In this document: in pieces, positions 39,346-51,100 of the stretch | How the letters are laid out: each line of letters starts with the position of its first letter | Position numbering within the stretch: position 1 is the first letter of the stretch | Assembly: GCA_002269645.1 (NCBI GenBank) | Contig: NIVC01000652.1 | Coordinates: 310,001-374,000, forward strand | DNA: 64,000 nt | Direction: 5' to 3' | Origin: Macrostomum lignano | Taxonomy: Eukaryota | Program-made: the position numbers and the translations under genes | Notes under the pieces: generated by a model | Told to the model about the DNA's origin: nothing | What the model saw: only the letters and a program-made list of their open reading frames with translations | The model's database searches: none

Positions 39346-39762
39346 GCCGGCTTATTTGTCGCTGAGCTGGCGCAATCTGACAGGCGGCAGTTTCTGCTGT
39401 GCCTGGCAGGCTTTGCGGTGAGTTCACTGCTCAAGTGCGCTGTAGCGTGGCTCATCGGCCTTATCTTACCTTTCATTTACTCATAATTTGCTCAGGACCT
39501 GTTCTGCGTCAGCATGGTCATCACCTGCCTGCCCATTCACCTGAAACAAATCGGCATGGCTCCGTTCTATATGGGATTGTTCCGTAAGCCAGTAAACTAC
39601 TCGAATATTTTACTACTATCAGTAGTATTCGTGTTGCTTCAGTCTTAGTGAGACATTACTGGGAAATTTTGATTTTCCAGAGTCCGAGTACGGAGCTGTG
39701 CAGATTTTTTCAAGCTCGATTTGTGTGAGTTTTTTGTTGTGTACTGTCTGTCTGTCTGTCTA

Positions 39763-39799
<37 letters not shown>

Positions 39800-39836
39800 G
39801 CCTGTCTGTCTGTCTGTCTGACTGTCTGTCTGTCTG

Positions 39837-39923
<87 letters not shown>

Positions 39924-39926
39924 GAC

Positions 39927-39957
<31 letters not shown>

Positions 39958-40002
39958 GCCTGTCTGTCTGTCTGTCTGTCTGACTGTCTGTCTGTCTGTC
40001 TG

Positions 40003-40043
<41 letters not shown>

Positions 40044-40046
40044 GAC

Positions 40047-40077
<31 letters not shown>

Positions 40078-40106
40078 GTCTGTCTGACTGTCTGTCTGTC
40101 TGTCTG

Positions 40107-40143
<37 letters not shown>

Positions 40144-40146
40144 GAC

Positions 40147-40197
<51 letters not shown>

Positions 40198-41442
40198 GCC
40201 TGTCTGTCTGTCTGTCTGTCTGTGCCTGTCTGTCTGTCTGTCTGTGTCTGCTGGTTTCTCTTGAGTCTGTCAGTCTTGGTCTCAGTTTCCCATTCCCAGC
40301 CCAGCTCAGTTAGGCTTCCCAATTCGCGCCCTCCCTCCTCCCAGGGCCGCCTGGTTCGCCGGTTCGGCGCCCGCAACGCCCACAGCCTTTGCTGCGTGGC
40401 CTCCGCCGCGGGCTACCTGGCGTTGGGCCTCGGGCCGCCCGACTTCCCCAGCCTAGCCAGCCTCCGCCTCATCACGGCTCTGTTCAAGCACACCCAGACT
40501 CTGCAGCGGACGCAGCTCGCCTCGTCGCCTGACGTCAGCGAAAGTCGCTGGATCCGCCTGCTCGGCTCGCACTCGACGCTGTCCTCCCTCGGCTTCATCG
40601 TCGGGCCCATGGTCGGCGGGGTCGCCTTCGACTTTGGCGGCTTCCGCCTGGTGACCGGCCTCGCCTGCGTCGGCTTTTTGGCTGTCGGCATCGCGACCGC
40701 GGTGTCGGCAGCAGCGCCAGCTGCCGAGGTGGCGCCGAAGTCATCCGGTCGGAGTTCTAGGCCGACTCCGACCTCCTCGGCGCTGTCCGCTGCGCTGGCC
40801 GTGGCCGACCTGCTGGCGCTGCAGCTGCCGATGTCGCTGGCCGCTCAGCTGTTCCGGCACAACTTCGCCCTGGCGCTGAACTCGCGCTTCTCTGCCTCGT
40901 CCGCCGGCGCGGGCCTCGCCACCTCGCTGGGCGCCGTCTCCGGCCTGCTGTCCGGCCTGGCCGTCGGGCCGCTGCAGTCGGCCACTGGCCTCGGCCCCGA
41001 CCGCCTGGTGCTGCTGGCAGCCGCCGGCCAGGCCGCCTGCCTCTCACTGGCCGCCTCGGGTCTCGTCACCAGCCTGGCGCAGTTCGCCGCCGCCCAGGCC
41101 CCGCTGAGCTTCTTCAACGGCCTGGCCAGGGACGCCTACCCGACCCTGCTGCGCTGCCGGCTTGTCAGCTCGTCCTTCGCCTGTCCCGAGGCCGCCCTGA
41201 CCGACGCGATGGCCGCCTCGCAGTCGGTGAACTCCCTGGCCCGCCTGCTCGCTCCGCTGCTCGGCGGCTGCGTCGAAGCCGCGCTGCCCGGCCACGAAGC
41301 TCCGAGCCAGCCAGCTGCAGCGCTGATCTCCGTCTGCCTGGCCTGCCCGCTGGCCGCCGCAGCTCCCGCGGTTAACTGGCTGCAGAGCCGGCGAGGACGG
41401 CTGGCCGCTGGCTGTCCGGATGCGGATCGGAAGTCGCGCTGA
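39346..41442 (+). CDS. MFSD9: Major facilitator superfamily transporter, MFSD9-like; first coding exon has no ATG
   Basis: Exons 39346-39417, 39496-39583, 39681-39724, 40345-41442, phases 0,1,0. FLLCLAGFA|[22 protein letters not shown] and [10 protein letters not shown] match the MFSD9/SLC22A18 group. Confidence 0.8.
39745..40250. repeat. (GTCT)n microsatellite in MFSD9 intron 3
   Basis: Direct reading. Confidence 0.95.
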
Positions 41443-41909
41443 CGAATCTTCACCCCAGTTTTTATCTGAAATTTTAAGCTATAAAATTTGCTACCTGCCT
41501 ACTGCATTGCAGGCGCAAGTAGTCTGTATAGATTTTTTAATCGTAATTTTCTGTTAGCATAATTTTAATTAACCACCAGGAACGGCAGGAAGGGATGCGA
41601 TCCAACTTTGAGTTCCTGATTTTCAGTAGTTCCCAGTATGAGCATTATTCCATGTGCCAAGCGCCTTGCCCGCACTTCCAGCTGTCTTTCCTGATCTGAT
41701 TTTGCACAGAATCGCACAAAATCTACAAAATCACAATGTTCCGTTGTTTATCTTTCGTTGTGACAAAAATATAAACAAACATACTCAGAAATGTTTTTTA
41801 CTTCTTGTTTTTTATTACTTTGCTGCCCACCTTCTTTCCTGGCAAGGTACAGTACGGTCTCTTGAGCGTAGATGCCAATGTGTAGTAAAAATAATATTCC
41901 ACTACAAAT

Positions 41910-41963
41910 AGTACTACTACTACTGCTACTACTGCTACTAATACTACTACTACTGATACAACA

Positions 41964-42020
<57 letters not shown>

Positions 42021-42022
42021 GC
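41910..42022. repeat. (ACT)n trinucleotide repeat
   Basis: Direct reading. Confidence 0.9.
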
Positions 42023-42159
42023 TATATTCACTGTAATACTGTTAAATGATGCTAAAACATTCTAAAGAATTTTGCCTAGCAATTTTTTTTCTGGAACCCA
42101 AGACAGTTGCATACTTGATAAAGAAGTACATTCTCAAGCACTCCCCGGACACTTCAGCC

Positions 42160-45100
42160 ATGTCTCAGCAGCCGCCGCAGATCAGCCAGCAGGCTGTGCT
42201 GATGCAGTCCGGCCAGCTGCCAGAAGACGTGGACACGCCGGTCAAGGGTCACGACTTCAATGCGCCTGACGGGCTGTCACTGGAAGCACTGATGAAATCA
42301 TTTGCCACCACAGGCTTTCAGGTAAGTCTTCATGTTTACCTTTTCTGCTTATTTACCCTGTAGGTGCTGCAGTTCAGTAGTTAGATGCTGCAGATCAGTA
42401 GTTAGATGCTGCAGATCAATAGTTAGATGCTGCAGTTCAGTAGTTAGATGCTGCAGATCAGTAGTTAGATGCTGCAGTTCAGTAGTTAGATGCTCCAGAT
42501 CAGTAGTTAGATGCTGCAGTTCAGTAGTTAGATGCTGCAGATCAGTAGTTAGATGCTGCAGATCAGTAGTTAGATGCTGCAGATCTGTAAGAACTGTAGA
42601 TCAATTAGATTCGATAAAACAGTATAGAAGGAAACTTTAGATAGATCGTCAGTTGGATACTGTAGAAGATAAAGTAGATCAGCATTTAGATGCTGTATAT
42701 ATCTTCAGTTGCATATTGTAGATAGATCGGCAGTTAGATACCGTAGATCGGCAGTTAGATACAGTAGATCGGCAGTTAGATACTGTAGATCGGCAGTTAG
42801 ATACTGTAGATAGATCGGCAGTTAGATACTGTAGATTGGCAGTTAGATACTGTAGATAGATCGGCAGTTAGATACTGTAGATTGGCAGTTAGATACTGTA
42901 AATAGATCGGCAGGTAGATACTGTAGATCGGCAGGTAGATACTGTAGATCGGCAGTTAGATACTGTAGATCGGCAGTTAGATACTGTAGATTGGCAGTTA
43001 GATACTGTAAATAGATCGGCAGGTAGATACTGTAGATCGGCAGGTAGATACTGTAGATCGGCAGTTAGATACTGTAGATCGGCAGTTAGATACTGTAGAT
43101 AGATCGGCAGTTAGATACCGTAGATCGGCAGGTAGATACTGTAGATCGGCAGTTAGATACTGTAGATAGATCGGCAGTTAGATACTGTAAATAGATCGGC
43201 AGGTAGATACTGTAGATCAGCAGGTAGATACTGTAGATCGGCAGGTAGATACTGTAGATCGGCAGTTAGATACTGTAGATAGATCGGCAGTTAGATACCG
43301 TAGATCGGCAGGTAGATACTGTAGATCGGCAGGTAGATACTGTAGATCGGCAGTTAGATACTGTAGTTTGGCAGTTAGATACTGTAAATAGATCGGCAGG
43401 TAGATACTGTAGATCAGCAGGTAGATACTGTAGATCGGCAGGTAGATACTGTAGATCGGCAGGTAGATACTGTAGATAGATCGGCAGTTAGATACTGTAG
43501 AGTGGCAGTTAGATACTGTAGATAGATCGGCAGTTAGATACTGTAGATAGATCGGCAGTTAGATACTGTAGATTGGCAGTTAGATACTGTAAATAGATCG
43601 GCAGGTAGATACTGTAGATCGGCAGGTAGATACGGTTGATTCACCCCGCAGGGCACCAACCTGTCGCTGGCCATAGACGAAATCAACCGAATGCTCGACT
43701 GCAAGTTCGCCAAGCCGGAGGAAGCCGCGGGTGCCGCAACCGCCAATGGAGACTTGGAGGTGTCCAACCCGAATCCATACGGCCGGGCCCGCACGAACTG
43801 CACCATATTCTTGGCCTTCACGTCCAACATGATCTCCAGCGGCGTGCGCGAGTCAATTCGCTACCTGGTCGAGCACAACCTGGTTGACGTGCTCGTCACC
43901 ACCGGCGGCGCCGTGGAGGAGGACCTCATCAAGTGCATGCACCCAACCTACATCGGCGACTTCCATCGCTGGCCGGGCGCGCAGCTGCGTCAGGCCGGCA
44001 TCAACCGGATCGGCAACCTGCTGGTGCCGAACAAGAACTACTGCGCGTTCGAGTCGTGGCTGGTGCCCATCCTTGACGCCATGCTGGCTGAGCAGAATGA
44101 GCAGAAAATCAACTGGACTCCATCTAAGCTCATTCACCGCCTAGGCAGGTGGGGCTCTTCTTAACTGAGACTTGCGTGCGTTCCTGTCCTGAGTCCTCCA
44201 TGCATTCCTGTCCTGAGTCCTTATGCATTCCTGTCCTGAGTCCTCCATGCATTCCTGTCCTGAGTCCGTTATGCATTCCTGTCCTGAGTCCGTTATGCAT
44301 TCCTGTCCTGAGTCCGTTATGCATTCCTGTCCTGAGTCCTTTATGCATTCCTGTCCTGAGTCCTCCATGCATTCCTGTCCTGAGTCCTCCATGCATTCCT
44401 GTCCTGAGTCCGTTATGCATTCCTGTCCTGAGTCCGTTATGCATTCCTGTCCTGAGTCCGTTATGCATTCCTGTCCTGAGTCCTTTATGCATTCCTGTCC
44501 TGAGTCCTTTATGCATTCCTGTCCTGAGTCCTCCATGCATTCCTGTCCTGAGTCCTTCATGCATTCCTGTCCTGAGTCCTTTATGCATTCCTGTCCTGAG
44601 TCCTCCATGCATTCCTGTCCTGAGTCCTTCATGCATTCCTGTCCTGAGTCCTCCATGCATTCCTGTCCTGGGTCCTTTATGCATTCCTGTCCTGAGTCCT
44701 TTATGCATTCCTGTCCTGAGTCCTCCATGCATTCCTGTCCTGAGTCCGTTATGCATTCCTGTCCTGAGTCCGTTATGCATTCCTGTCCTGAGTCCGTTAT
44801 GCATTCCTGTCCTGAGTCCTTTATGCATTCCTGTCCTGAGTCCTTTATGCATTCCTGTCCTGAGTCCGTTATGCATTCCTGTCCTGAGTCCTTTATGCAT
44901 TCCTGTCCTGAGTCCTTTATGCATTCCTGTCCTGAGTCCTCCATACATTCCTGTCCTGAGTCCTTTATGCATTCCTGTCCTGAGTCCTTTATGCATTCCT
45001 GTCCTGAGTCCTCCATGCATTCCTGTCCTGAGTCCGTTATGCATTCCTGTCCTGAGTCCTTTATGCATTCCTGTCCTGAGTCCTCCATGCATTCCTGTCC

Positions 45101-46571
45101 TGAGTCCTCCATGCATTCCTGTCCTGAGTCCGTTATGCATTCCTGTCCTGAGTCCTTTATGTATTCCTGTCCTGAGTCCTTTATGCATTCCTGTGCTGAG
45201 TCCTTTATGCATTCCTGTCCTCTGATCTCTATTTATTTCTACCCCATGCGTGAGAATATTGATTGTCTCATGGGTGAGACTTTTGAGTGTGGGTGAGAAT
45301 ATTGTGTCTTATGGGTGAGCCTATTGATTGTCTCATGGGTGAGACTTTTGAGTGTGGGTGAGAATATTGTGTCTTATGGGTGAGCCTATTGATTGTCTCA
45401 TGGGTGAGACTATTGAGTGGCTCATGGGTCAGACTATTGAGTGTCTCATGGGTGAGACTATTGATTGTCTTATGGGTGAGACTATTGAGTGTCTCATGGG
45501 TGAGACTAGTGAGCGACTCATGGGTGAGACTATTGAGTGTCTCATGGGTGAGACTTTTGAGTGTGGGTGAGAATATTGTGTCTTATGGGTGAGACTATTG
45601 ATTGTCTTATGGGTGAGACTATTGAGTGGCTCATGGGTCAGACTATTGAGTGTCTCATGGGTGAGACTATTGATTGTCTTATGGATGAGACTATTGAGTG
45701 TCTCATGGGTGAGACTAATGAGTGACTCATGGGTGAGACTAATGAGTGACTCATGGGTGAGACTATTGAGTGACTCATGGGTGAGACTATTGAGTGACTC
45801 ATGGGTGAGACTATTGAGTGACTCATGGGTGAGACTATTGAGTGACTCATGGGTGAGACTATTGAGTGACTCATGGGTGAGACTATTGAGTGACTCATGG
45901 GTGAGACTATTAATTGACTCATGGGTGAGACTATTGAGTGTCTCATGGGTGAGACTAATGAGTGACTCATGGGTGAGACTAATGAGTGACTCATGGGTGA
46001 GACTATTGAGTGACTCATGGGTGAGACTATTAATTGACTCATGGTGATTAGTGCTATCGAACTACTGTTTAAGTAGCCAAAACGCAAAATGTCAATATAT
46101 TCTTCCAGAGAGATCAACAACCCCGAGTCGGTGCTCTACTGGTGCCACCGAAACGGCATCCCTGTGTTCTGCCCTTCCATCACAGACGGCGCGTGCGGTG
46201 ACGTGCTGTACTTTCACAGCTACCGCTGTCCCGGCCTCGTCCTGGACGCCATCGAGGACATCCGGCTGGTGAACAGCCAGGCGGTGTTCGCCCGCAACAC
46301 CGGCATGATAGTTCTGGGCGGCGGGGTCGTGAAGCACCACACCTGCAATGCCAACCTCATGCGCAACGGGGCCAACTTTGCCGTGTTCGTCAACACCGGC
46401 CAGGAGTTCGATGGCAGCGACTCCGGCGCCAGGCCCGACGAGGCCGTCAGCTGGGGCAAAATCCGGCTGGACGCGCGGCCTGTGAAGGTCTACTCGGACG
46501 CCACGCTGGCCTTCCCGCTCATCGTGGCGCAGACCTTCGCTAAGCGGCTGGCTGGCAGGGCAGACAAATGA
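42160..46571 (+). CDS. DHPS: Deoxyhypusine synthase
   Basis: Exons 42160-42321, 43652-44148, 46109-46571. TGFQ|[44 protein letters not shown] (catalytic Lys). Confidence 0.97.
42365..43632. repeat. 21/25-bp minisatellite filling DHPS intron 1
   Basis: GCAGATCAGTAGTTAGATGCT grading into TAGATCGGCAGTTAGATACTG. Confidence 0.95.
44180..45220. repeat. 24-bp minisatellite in DHPS intron 2
   Basis: TCCTGTCCTGAGTCC(GTT/TCC/TTT)ATGCAT. Confidence 0.97.
45250..46045. repeat. 24-bp minisatellite in DHPS intron 2
   Basis: CTCATGGGTGAGACTATTGAGTGT. Confidence 0.95.
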
Positions 46572-46734
46572 CCTCTTAGAACTGCTCACTGACCTGGCTT
46601 TCATGTAGCTGGCCTTCTGGCTGGGTCGCTGCACAGTGCCGAGTGACCTTTGTTTATATCGGAGAGATTTGCGCGAAGCATTTTGCAACTTCAGAGGCTT
46701 GATGTGTCAGTCATTCAGTATCCCAAAACCTCGA

Positions 46735-47320
46735 TGATGGGATATTGAATAGGGATTGATACCTGGATGATGGGTATTGAATAGGGATTGATACCTGGAT
46801 GATGGGATCTGTAATTAGGGATTTAACACCTGGATGATGGGATCTGTAATTAGGGATTTAACACCTGGATGATGGGATCTGTAATTAGGGATATAACACC
46901 TGAATGATGGGATCTGTAATTAGGGATTTAAGACCTGGATGATGGGATCTGTAATTAGGGATTTAACACCTGGATGATGGGATCTGTAATTAGGGATATA
47001 ACACCTGGATGATGGGATCTGTAATTAGGGATTTAACACCTGGATGATGGGATATTCAATTAGGGATTAAGACCTGGAGTATAGGATATTTAATTAAGGT
47101 GTTTAACACCTGGATTATGAGATCTGTAATTACTGATTTAGCACCCATATGATAGGATAGTCAACTAGGGATTAACACCTGGACTATGGGATATTCAATT
47201 AGAGATTTAGACCTGGACCATTTTTAGTATATGGATGATGGGATATTCCATTAGGGATTAACACCTGGATAATGGGATCTCGATATATGGATTAAAGAAC
47301 TGGATGATGTTATCTCTAAT
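46735..47320. repeat. ~35-bp degenerate minisatellite
   Basis: ACACCTGGATGATGGGATCTGTAATTAGGGATTTA. Confidence 0.9.
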
Positions 47321-47384
47321 TAGGAAGTTAAGTTTAGACATTGTTAAAATTTTGGCATTCCGATCCAATTGAAGAAAAAGAAAA

Positions 47385-47750
47385 GTGCTTCCTGCTCAGA
47401 GGGCCGAGCATCTCGGCTGCAACGCCTCCGACTCCCGTGTAAAGGTTACCCGGGTTCGAGTCCGCACACGGCCTTATTAAGTTGGCGTTCGTTCTCTTGG
47501 AAATAAGTAGTCGGCAGGGGGCGCTGTACACTCTGTGTGAGCTTGAGCCTGTGTAGATGCCCGTGTGGGGCACGCCTGCCTCCTGGCTGTCTCATGGGCA
47601 AGCCGAGGCTCCCACGGTCACGCGTATCCGCGAGTCAGTGCTTTGATTGCAGAAAACTCCTGTTATGCGCCAGCTACAGGCGAGAGCCTTGGCGTGCATT
47701 TCCACCCTGTTTGACCCCCTTTGTCTCCTTAGCAAGTTTTGTTTTATTTA
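47385..47750 (+). mobile_element. Candidate tRNA-derived SINE
   Basis: A-box-like TGCTCAGAGG, B box GGTTCGAGTCC at 47453-47463, GC-rich body, T-rich end. One copy only in the window. Confidence 0.45.
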
Positions 47751-48126
47751 AATTGCAATCGCAGCAGCTTCTGGGCTTCTCGTAATTAAAGCTTCATCAA
47801 GTCAGTTTGGAGTCTGACTAATATTGAGATGATTCATATTTTTGAAAGCTGCGTAGACTTATTAGAATTTTTTATATGGGGTTGTTAGTCATGCAGGGTA
47901 GGGAAAGGCTTAGTCACTGAGCACGTCTGTGCTATTATTAGAATCAGAATAGACCAGTATTTCGTATAGAGGTTGTTTGCAGAGATATTCTGGAGACAGA
48001 GGGCAATGTACACTAGCGGGGGCTACCGCAGTTCTGGTGTGAGCCTACTTTTAAAGCAGAGATATTTGCTGGCAGAGCCCCCATAGTTTTCTCTCCTGCC
48101 GCCATTTGCAGCGACAAGCTGTAGGA

Positions 48127-51100
48127 ATGTCTGACAGCAGAAACCCGTTCTACACAGAGGATAAAAATCCCTTTAGTCTTGGCGGCGGCGGCGGCCGGAA
48201 CCCGTTCGAGACTGGGCAGGACCGGCAGGCTGGCAGCTTCGGCTCCTACAATCCTGGCGGCGGCTACGGCTATGAAGGCCGGTCGACTGTGCAGCAGCAG
48301 GTGCAGGTGAGCGGCTGCTGTCACCGCGGAGGATGGGGTGGGGGGAGTCTGGGGCAGATGGGGTGGAGGGAGTCTGGGGCAGATGGGTGGAGGGAGTCTG
48401 GGGCAGATGGGGTGGAGGGAGTCTGGGGCAGATGGGGTAGAGGGAGACTGGGGCAGATGGGGTGAAGGGAGACTGGGCAGATGGGGTGGAGGGAGACTGG
48501 GGCAGATGGGGTGGAGGGAGACTGGGGCAGATGGGGTGGAGGGAGACTGGGGCAGATGGGGTGGAGGGAGACTGGGGCAGATGGGGTGGAGGGAGTCTGG
48601 GGCAGATGGGGTGGAGGGAGTCTGGGGCAGATGGGGTGGAGGGAGACTGGGGCAGATGGGGTGAAGGGAGACTGGGCAGATGGGGTGGAGGGAGACTGGG
48701 GCAGATGGGGTGAAGGGAGACTGGGCAGATGGGGTGGAGGGAGACTGGGGCAGATGGGGTGGAGGGAGACTGGGGCAGATGGGGTGGAGGGAGACTGGGG
48801 CAGATGGGGTGGAGGGAGTCTGGGGCAGATAGGGTGGAGGGAGTCTGGGGCAGATGGGGTGGAGGGAGTCTGGGGCAGATGGGGCGGAGGGAGTCTGGAA
48901 GTAGATAAGACTAGGAGAGGGACAGGCAAGGGACAAAAATAAGAGTTGAGACGAGTTTTAAATCGACAGAGAATAAGACGACCGGAGCGAAGGGAGGAAA
49001 AGACTGGGGGAGGCTTCTGTGATTGGGGAATGTATCAGTATGGGAGACTAGGAGAAGTTAAACACTGCAGACTCAAATTACATGTGCTTGTGCACCTTTG
49101 ATGCCGGCTTGCAGGCCTCGCAGAGCCGGCAGCTGGAGACGCAACGGCGGGCTCTTCAGTCAATGTACAGCAGCGAGAGCATGGGCGTGGACACCGCCCA
49201 AGAGCTGGTCAGGCAGGGCGAGGTGCTGAACCGAACAGAGGAGAAGCTGGACCACATCGAGGCCGTCCAGAAGGAATCGCAGGGCCACATCAATAGCCTG
49301 AGCTCGATGTTCGGCGGCGTCAAGAACTGGTTCCGCGGCGACTCGGCCAAGAAGCGCCAGCAGCCAGCGCAGCAGTACGAGCCCGCCGGCGCCAGCCTGG
49401 ACAAGGCCATGGCCGTCAGCTCCACCGCCGAGGCCAGGAGAGTCGCTGCCCAGGTGAATTTTGGGGACTTTGAGATTTTGGGTTTCCTGTGTCTCTAATT
49501 GAAATTTATTAGTGTCCCAGGTGAGATTTGGGTTTCTGGCGAGACTGCTGAGTGTCTATGGGGGTGAGAATGCTGAGTGTCCCTGTGGTGAGACTGCTGA
49601 GTGTCTATGGGGGTGAGAATGCTGAGTGTCCCTGTGGTGAGACTGCTGAGTGTCTCAATGGTGAGACTGCTGAGTGTCTCAATGGGGAGACTGCTGAGTG
49701 TCTCAATGGGGAGACTGCTGAGTGTCTCAATGGGGAGACTGCTGAGTGTCTCAATGGTGAGACTGCTGAGTGTCTCAATGGGGAGACTGCCGAGTGTCTC
49801 AATGGTGAGACTGCTGAGTGTCTCAATGGGGAGACTGCTGAGTGTCTCAATGGTGAGACTGCTGAGTGTCTCAATGGGGAGACTGCCGAGTGTCTCAATG
49901 GTGAGACTGCTGAGTGTCTCAATGGGGAGACTGCTGAGTGTCTCAATGATAAGACTGCTGAGTGTCTCAATGGGGAGACTGCTGAGTGTCTCAATGGGGA
50001 GACTGCTGAGTGTCTCAATGGGGAGACTGCTGAGTGTCTCAATGGGGAGACTGCTGAGTGTCTCAATGGGGAGACTGCTGAGTGTCTCAATGGGGAGACT
50101 GCTGAGTGTCTCAATGGTGAGACTGCTGAGTGTCTCAATGGGGAGACTGCTGAGTGTCTCAATGATAAGACTGCTGAGTGTCTCATTGGGGAGACTGCTG
50201 AGTGTCTCAATGGGAGACTGCTGAGTGTCTCAATGATAAGACTGCTGAGTGTCTCAATGGGGAGACTGCCGAGTGTCTCAATGGTGAGACTGCTGAGTGT
50301 CTCAATGGTGAGACTGCTGAGTGTCTCAATGGGGAGACTGCTGAGTGTCTCAATGGTGAGACTGCTGAGTGTCTCAATGGGGAGACTGCTGAGTGTCTCA
50401 ATGGGGAGACTGCTGAGTGTCTCAATGATAAGACTGCTGAGTGTCTCAATGGGGAGACTGCGAGTGTCTCAATGGGAGACTGCTGAGTGTCTCAATGGTG
50501 AGACTGCTGAGTGTCTCAATGGGGAGACTGCTGAGTGTCTCAATGATAAGACTGCTGAGTGTCTCAATGGGGAGACTGCCGACTGTCTCAATGGGGAGAC
50601 TGCTGAGTGTCTCAATGGGGAGACTGCTGAGTGTCTCAATGGGGAGACTGCTGAGTGTCTCAATGGGGAGACTGCTGAGTGTCTCAATGGGGAGACTGCC
50701 GACTGTCTCAATGGGGAGACTGCTGAGTGTCTCAATGGGGAGACTGCCGAGTGTCTCAATGGGGAGACTGCTGAGTGTCTCAATGGTGAGACTGCTGAGT
50801 GTCTCAATGGGGAGACTGCTGAGAGTCTCAATGGTGAGACTGCTGAGTGTCTCAATGATAAGACTGCTGAGTGTCTCAATGGGGAGACTGCCGAGTGTCT
50901 CAATGGGGAGACTGCTGAGTGTCTCAATGATAAGACTGCTGAGTGTCTCAATGGGGAGACTGCCGACTGTCTCAATGGTGAGAATGCTGAGTGTCTCCAG
51001 TCTCACAGCAGCTGTTCCATTCCACGTTCGCCGCCAGGAGCCCGCGGCATCCTTTGGCGCCGCAGCCACGGGGGCCGCCGGCTACCAGCAGCAGCAGCAG

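Noticed and set aside
47510-47528. CTCF-like motif GGCAGGGGGCGCTG
   Set aside because: A single short match inside a probable SINE; no supporting evidence.
44130-51069. Long repeat ORFs ([23 protein letters not shown]) overlapping DHPS and SNAP29
   Set aside because: They lie inside introns whose removal restores the conserved proteins.
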